NCBI GenBank assembly: GCA_017456985.1
Contig: JAFTIH010000031.1
Span: forward strand, 64,421-128,420
Reading direction: 5' to 3'
Source of the DNA: Clostridia bacterium
GTDB taxonomy: Bacteria; Bacillota; Clostridia; Oscillospirales; CAG-272
Length of the DNA: 64,000 bases
Shown here: piece by piece, positions 60,184 to 64,000 of the stretch
Layout of the letters: every line of letters begins with the position of its first letter
How positions within the stretch are numbered: position 1 is the first letter of the stretch
Program-made: the position numbers and the translations under genes
Notes under the pieces: generated by a model
The model's database searches: none
Seen by the model: only the letters and a program-made list of their open reading frames with translations
What the model was told of the DNA's origin: nothing

Positions 60184-60963
60184 ATGCAAAAATCATCGCT
60201 TTGCCGCGTCGCAAAAGAAAAGGCGCGCGCCATCTTACGCAAAGAACGGCTTTCTTTTCCGCTTTTCCTTTTGTGCCTGCTCGTTTTTTTATCTATAGTG
60301 GGGGGAACACTTCTGCTTTGGCGCGGCATATTCTTTTTTGTGATGCTCGGTGTTACCAACATCACGAGCGCCGCACTCGTTGCCTTCGTCTTGTTTTGTC
60401 TTGGACTTTGTCTACTTTTTGCCCCACTATGGAAGGGGATAAAGGCTACACTTTTTCAGCAACTAGTTCTTGGCAGAATGGATTACAAAACCGTTTTTCT
60501 TTATTTTAGCCACCCGAAACGCTATTTTTTTGCCGTGCGCCACGCACTTGCGAAATTATTACAGATACTTGGATTTCTTGCAGTATTCGGACTGGTTGCA
60601 AGGCTTGGCAAAGCGGTTGCGCAAACGCTATTTTCTGTTGAGAGAGTAGCGGCGGCATGCTTTGTTTTGTGTGTCAGTATCCTGCTTTTATTTTTGCTTT
60701 TGCTTTTTTACTTTGTTTTGCGCAGCAATTCTTTTTTGGTAGGTGCGGCACATCTTTGTGCGCCGCTGCTTTCAGATCGACAGCTTCGCGCGCTTTCTAA
60801 AAGCAAGATGCAGGGCGGACGCCGTGCGCTTTTCCGCTTGGAGCTTTCCTTTCTTCCGCTGTTCCTTTTATCGGCACCGCTTTTGTTTTTCCCGCTTGTT
60901 TTTCTGTTCCCGTATTACCTGATGTCCCGCGTTTGTTTATCCTATCATTTACTTTCAAATTAA
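60184..60963 (+). CDS. Hypothetical polytopic membrane protein
   Basis: It has an RBS GGGAGG, six or more hydrophobic segments and a Leu/Phe-rich composition. The family is not recognised. Confidence 0.5.
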   Translation: MQKSSLCRVAKEKARAILRKERLSFPLFLLCLLVFLSIVGGTLLLWRGIFFFVMLGVTNITSAALVAFVLFCLGLCLLFAPLWKGIKATLFQQLVLGRMDYKTVFLYFSHPKRYFFAVRHALAKLLQILGFLAVFGLVARLGKAVAQTLFSVERVAAACFVLCVSILLLFLLLLFYFVLRSNSFLVGAAHLCAPLLSDRQLRALSKSKMQGGRRALFRLELSFLPLFLLSAPLLFFPLVFLFPYYLMSRVCLSYHLLSN

Positions 60964-60988
60964 AATTCCCATCGGAGGATCATAGCAT

Positions 60989-62944
60989 ATGTGTCAATGT
61001 CATAACACAAAAAAAGAAAAGGTATTTATTACAACGGCAATTGCTTACAGCTCCCGTAAGCCTCATTTTGGAAACACCTATGAGATCATTATGTCGGATG
61101 CTTACGCCCGTTTCCAGCGTCAGATGGGGAAGGACGTTTTCTTTCTGACGGGCACGGATGAGCACGGTCAGAAGATCGAAAACCTTGCCGCGGAGGCGGG
61201 AATTGCTCCCAAGGCGTACGTTGACGGTGTCGCGGGCGAGATCAAGCGCATCTGGGATCTGATGGGCGCTTCTTACGATAAATTCATCCGCACGACGGAC
61301 GAAGATCACGTCAAGAGCGTGCAGCACATCTTTAAGAAGCTGTACGACCAGGGTGACATCTACAAGGGCTACTATGAGGGCTGGTACTGCACGCCCTGCG
61401 AGTCCTTCTTTACGGATATTCAGGCGGCAGACGGCAAATGCCCTGACTGCGGCCGCCCCGTAGAGCGTACGAGAGAAGAGGCGTATTTCTTTGCTATGAG
61501 CAAGTATGCACCCCGTCTGATCGAGCACATTGAAACGCATCCCGAGTTTATCGAGCCCGAATCTCGCAAGAAGGAAATGGTCAACAACTTTTTAAAGGCG
61601 GGGCTTCAGGATCTTTGCGTGTCGCGCTCTTCATTCAAGTGGGGAATCCCCGTTCCGTTTGATGAGAAGCACGTCATTTACGTTTGGATCGATGCGCTTT
61701 CCAATTATATCACCGCGCTTGGCTTTGATCCCGACTTAACGGAGCAACCCGAGCTTTATGAAAAATGCTGGCCTGCCGATGTACATATCATCGGTAAGGA
61801 TATCCTGCGCTTCCACACGATCTATTGGCCCATCATCCTGATGGCGCTGGGGCAGCCGCTTCCCAAAAAGGTCTTCGGTCACCCCTGGTTCAACTCGGGT
61901 GCCGATAAAATGTCCAAGTCGCGCGGCAACGTCATCTACGCAGACGAGCTTGCTGAGTACTTCTCGGTTGACGGTGTCCGTTACTTCGCCCTTGCCGAAA
62001 TGCCCTATAACGCTGACGGATCGATCACTTACGAAAACGTGATCAACAGCTATAATACGGATCTTGCCAATATTCTCGGCAACCTCGTTAACCGCACGCA
62101 CGCCATGACGATGAAGTATTTTGGCGGCGTGATCCCTGCGCCCACCGCTCCCGGTGAATTTGACGAGGAGCTCAAAGCAACGCTTGCCAAGGCGGTTCGC
62201 GAGTCCCGCGAGCTGATGGACACCTTCCACGTTTCGGACGCCCTGCACGCAATTTTTGAGGCTTTACGCCGTGCAAACAAGTATATCGACGAGACGACCC
62301 CTTGGGTCCTTGCCAAGGACGAAAGCAAAAAGGAGCGCCTTGGAACCGTTCTTTACAATCTTTTGGAAACCATCCGCACCGCAGCTGTTCTTTTGACGCC
62401 TTTTATCCCTCATACGGCACAGCGCATTTTTGACCAGCTTGGCACCAAGATGACCGCCTACGAGACGACCGCGGCGTTCGGTGCGCTGGAATGCGGCGCT
62501 TCCCTTGGAGAAGGCGCAGTTCTTTTCGCCCGTATTGATGAGAAAAAGTTCTTTGAAGAGATCGAGGCGAAGCAAAAGGCTGCCGAAGCGGCGACAACGA
62601 CGATCCCCGAGCCCGAACACGAGGAACCGATCGGCATTGATGCTTTCGGTGCTGTAGAGCTGCGTACTGCCCAGATCCTTGCGTGCGAAAAGGTCCCCAA
62701 GGCAAAGAAGCTCTTAAAGCTCCAAGTCGATCTTGGGTATGAAAAGCGCCAGATCGTCTCGGGAATTGCAAAATTCTACGAACCCGAGGCGCTGATCGGC
62801 AAAAAGGTTATCATCGTTGCCAACCTCAAGCCCGCTACGCTTTGCGGCGTAGAAAGCCACGGTATGCTGCTCGCATCGGGTGAGGAAGAGGTCCGTGTTG
62901 TGTTCTTGGATCCCGAAACACCTCTTGGTGAGCGTGTACACTAA
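60989..62944 (+). CDS. metG: Methionine--tRNA ligase with a C-terminal tRNA-binding (EMAP-like) domain
   Basis: Carries a HIGH-type motif (PHFGNTYE), KMSKS, a CPxC..CPDC zinc knuckle, and a C-terminal VELRTAQILACEKVPKAKKLLKLQVDLG. Confidence 0.9.
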   Translation: MCQCHNTKKEKVFITTAIAYSSRKPHFGNTYEIIMSDAYARFQRQMGKDVFFLTGTDEHGQKIENLAAEAGIAPKAYVDGVAGEIKRIWDLMGASYDKFIRTTDEDHVKSVQHIFKKLYDQGDIYKGYYEGWYCTPCESFFTDIQAADGKCPDCGRPVERTREEAYFFAMSKYAPRLIEHIETHPEFIEPESRKKEMVNNFLKAGLQDLCVSRSSFKWGIPVPFDEKHVIYVWIDALSNYITALGFDPDLTEQPELYEKCWPADVHIIGKDILRFHTIYWPIILMALGQPLPKKVFGHPWFNSGADKMSKSRGNVIYADELAEYFSVDGVRYFALAEMPYNADGSITYENVINSYNTDLANILGNLVNRTHAMTMKYFGGVIPAPTAPGEFDEELKATLAKAVRESRELMDTFHVSDALHAIFEALRRANKYIDETTPWVLAKDESKKERLGTVLYNLLETIRTAAVLLTPFIPHTAQRIFDQLGTKMTAYETTAAFGALECGASLGEGAVLFARIDEKKFFEEIEAKQKAAEAATTTIPEPEHEEPIGIDAFGAVELRTAQILACEKVPKAKKLLKLQVDLGYEKRQIVSGIAKFYEPEALIGKKVIIVANLKPATLCGVESHGMLLASGEEEVRVVFLDPETPLGERVH

Positions 62945-63738
62945 TGATGCTATTTGACGCACACGCCCACTATTGGGACGATCGGTTTGTAAGCGAGTGG
63001 GAAGGCGGCGTGGATGCGCTGCTTTCCGCGCTTTTTGCGGAGAACGTCTGTGGTATCGTCAACGTAGGAACCAATATGCAAACCACGCTTGCCGCGATCG
63101 AGCAAGCAAAACGGTATCCAAGGATGTACGTCGCAGGCGGCATCCATCCCGGGGATATTCCCGATGACGCCGCGGCAGATACGCTGGCCTTGGAATGGAC
63201 GCCCCTCTTACAGAATCCCGAAAACAAGATCGTAGCGCTTGGCGAGATCGGACTTGACTACCATTACGAGCCCTTTGATAAACGTCGTCAATGGGAGTTT
63301 TTCGAAGCACAAATGCTTCTTGCCAAGGAGCTCTCTCTCCCCGTGGTCATCCACGATAGGGAAGCACACGGAGATTCTTTTGATATGATCCGACGCCACA
63401 AGGACGTTCGCGGTGTTTTCCACAGCTATAGCGGAAGCGCGGAAATGGCAAAAGATCTTGTATCCCGTGGCTATATGATCTCCTTCTCGGGAACGCTGAG
63501 CTTCAAGAATGCGCGCGTCGTCAAGGAAGCCGCAAGTATTCTTCCGCGCGACTCTGTGATGATCGAAACGGACGCCCCGTACTTAACGCCCCATCCCTTT
63601 CGCGGCAGGCTCAACCATTCGGGGTATCTCGTCCACACCGCACAGGCACTTGCCGACGTCTGGGGATGCTCCCTATGCGAAGCAATTACGCAAACAACGG
63701 AAAACGCAAAACTTTTTTTCGCTCTTGACTCTCTTTAA
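62944..63738 (+). CDS. tatD: TatD-family metal-dependent hydrolase
   Basis: Starts MMLFDAHAHY and carries GEIGLDYHY, VVIHDREAH and ETDAPYL. Its start overlaps the metG stop. Confidence 0.85.
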   Translation: MMLFDAHAHYWDDRFVSEWEGGVDALLSALFAENVCGIVNVGTNMQTTLAAIEQAKRYPRMYVAGGIHPGDIPDDAAADTLALEWTPLLQNPENKIVALGEIGLDYHYEPFDKRRQWEFFEAQMLLAKELSLPVVIHDREAHGDSFDMIRRHKDVRGVFHSYSGSAEMAKDLVSRGYMISFSGTLSFKNARVVKEAASILPRDSVMIETDAPYLTPHPFRGRLNHSGYLVHTAQALADVWGCSLCEAITQTTENAKLFFALDSL

Positions 63739-63747
63739 AAGCAGAAA

Positions 63748-63780
63748 AACCTTTTCGTCTTTTGGCGAAAAGGTTTTTTT
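63748..63780 (+). terminator. Rho-independent terminator after tatD
   Basis: Stem aaccttttcg tcttttgg cgaaaaggtt followed by a T-run. Confidence 0.75.
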
Positions 63781-63852
63781 ATACCGCTTTTTACCGCGGT
63801 TAAGCCATCGGTTTTCTCATAAAATATACGCAACAAAGAAAGGAGAAGCGTT

Positions 63853-64000
63853 ATGAGAAGACTATGTTTATTTTTGGCTTCTGCCGTGCTGTTTCTGTCG
63901 TTTTTCAACGTTAGAGCCGCAGAAAATGAATACCATTTCTATTTAAAAAGAGCGCGTGATCACGCGTCCCCTACGACGGACGAGCGTTTTTTGGCGCTTT
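63853..64000 (+). CDS. 5' part of an exported protein, possibly a PdaA/PdaB-like polysaccharide deacetylase (runs off the window)
   Basis: RBS AAAGGAGAAG precedes the start. The signal peptide is MRRLCLFLASAVLFLSFFNVRA/AE. YHFYLKRARDHASP resembles the WGFKR..H.PP motif near PdaA N-termini. Only 49 codons are visible. Confidence 0.4.
   Translation, partial: MRRLCLFLASAVLFLSFFNVRAAENEYHFYLKRARDHASPTTDERFLAL

Noticed and set aside
60964-60988. T-box leader upstream of metG (and likewise upstream of the his operon and cysK).
   Set aside because: The intergenic distances (25 nt; about 35 nt leaders) are far too short for a ~200-nt T-box. No T-box sequence (AAUUAGGGUGGNACCGCG-like) was seen.
1-64000. 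CRISPR arrays, rRNA/tRNA genes, IS elements, integrases and prophage genes.
   Set aside because: No regularly spaced direct repeats, tRNA-like cloverleaf sequences in spacers, transposase or recombinase ORFs, or terminal inverted repeats were seen on manual inspection. A tRNAscan, Infernal and ISfinder run would be needed to exclude small elements formally.

Overview
The window looks like a chromosomal segment from a spore-forming, moderately GC-rich Firmicute of the Clostridia type. Evidence is spoVT, yqfC/yqfD, a ylbJ-like gene, and the Firmicute gene order yqfCD-phoH-ybeY-era-recO-mutS2. I can support about 60 protein genes. By eye I found no rRNA, tRNA, CRISPR array, transposase or integrase. 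Most of the window is housekeeping: dnaE 3' end, cvpA, a clpC-like AAA+ gene, mrp, spoVT, mntP, a complete yerC-hisZGDCBHAFIE operon, hslO, pfk, glcK, mnmA, rsmF-like, cysK-cysE, smpB, metG and tatD. Four regions stand out. (1) 22.2-27.5 kb holds a three-gene operon (TerB-N/TerB-C protein, DUF2791-type P-loop ATPase, Lhr-like SF2 helicase) behind a consensus promoter. This matches the gene content of the Shango anti-phage system, whose mechanism is unknown. It appears to be transcriptionally fused to a methyltransferase, hslO and pfk. (2) 7.36-13.0 kb is an AT-richer accessory patch. It contains a very AT-rich 4-TM membrane protein gene and a 4.6-kb AraC-controlled operon of unknown function (unknown protein, phosphotriesterase-family, M24 peptidase-family, ASRT-family). 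The operon is bracketed by a perfect 25-bp direct repeat of the first 25 nt of spoVT, and the left copy is a 15-codon spoVT stub. (3) 41.5-54.6 kb is a 13-kb single operon with one consensus promoter and one terminator. It encodes a 1076-aa solute-binding protein with CBM-like N-terminal modules, two MalF/MalG-type permease pairs, no ATPase, an NHL-propeller/TPR/Yip1 membrane protein, and a 1150-aa secreted or lipid-anchored protein of unknown function. (4) 3.9-7.3 kb encodes a P-type ATPase homologue in which every catalytic motif is degenerate, with a 4-nt overlap onto mrp. Smaller observations cover phased repeats upstream of clpC, an orphan terminator and inverted repeats in a 500-bp spacer, a motif shared by two spacers, and promoter-overlapping palindromes. 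All functional calls rest on my reading of the translated ORFs and motifs. No database search was run.
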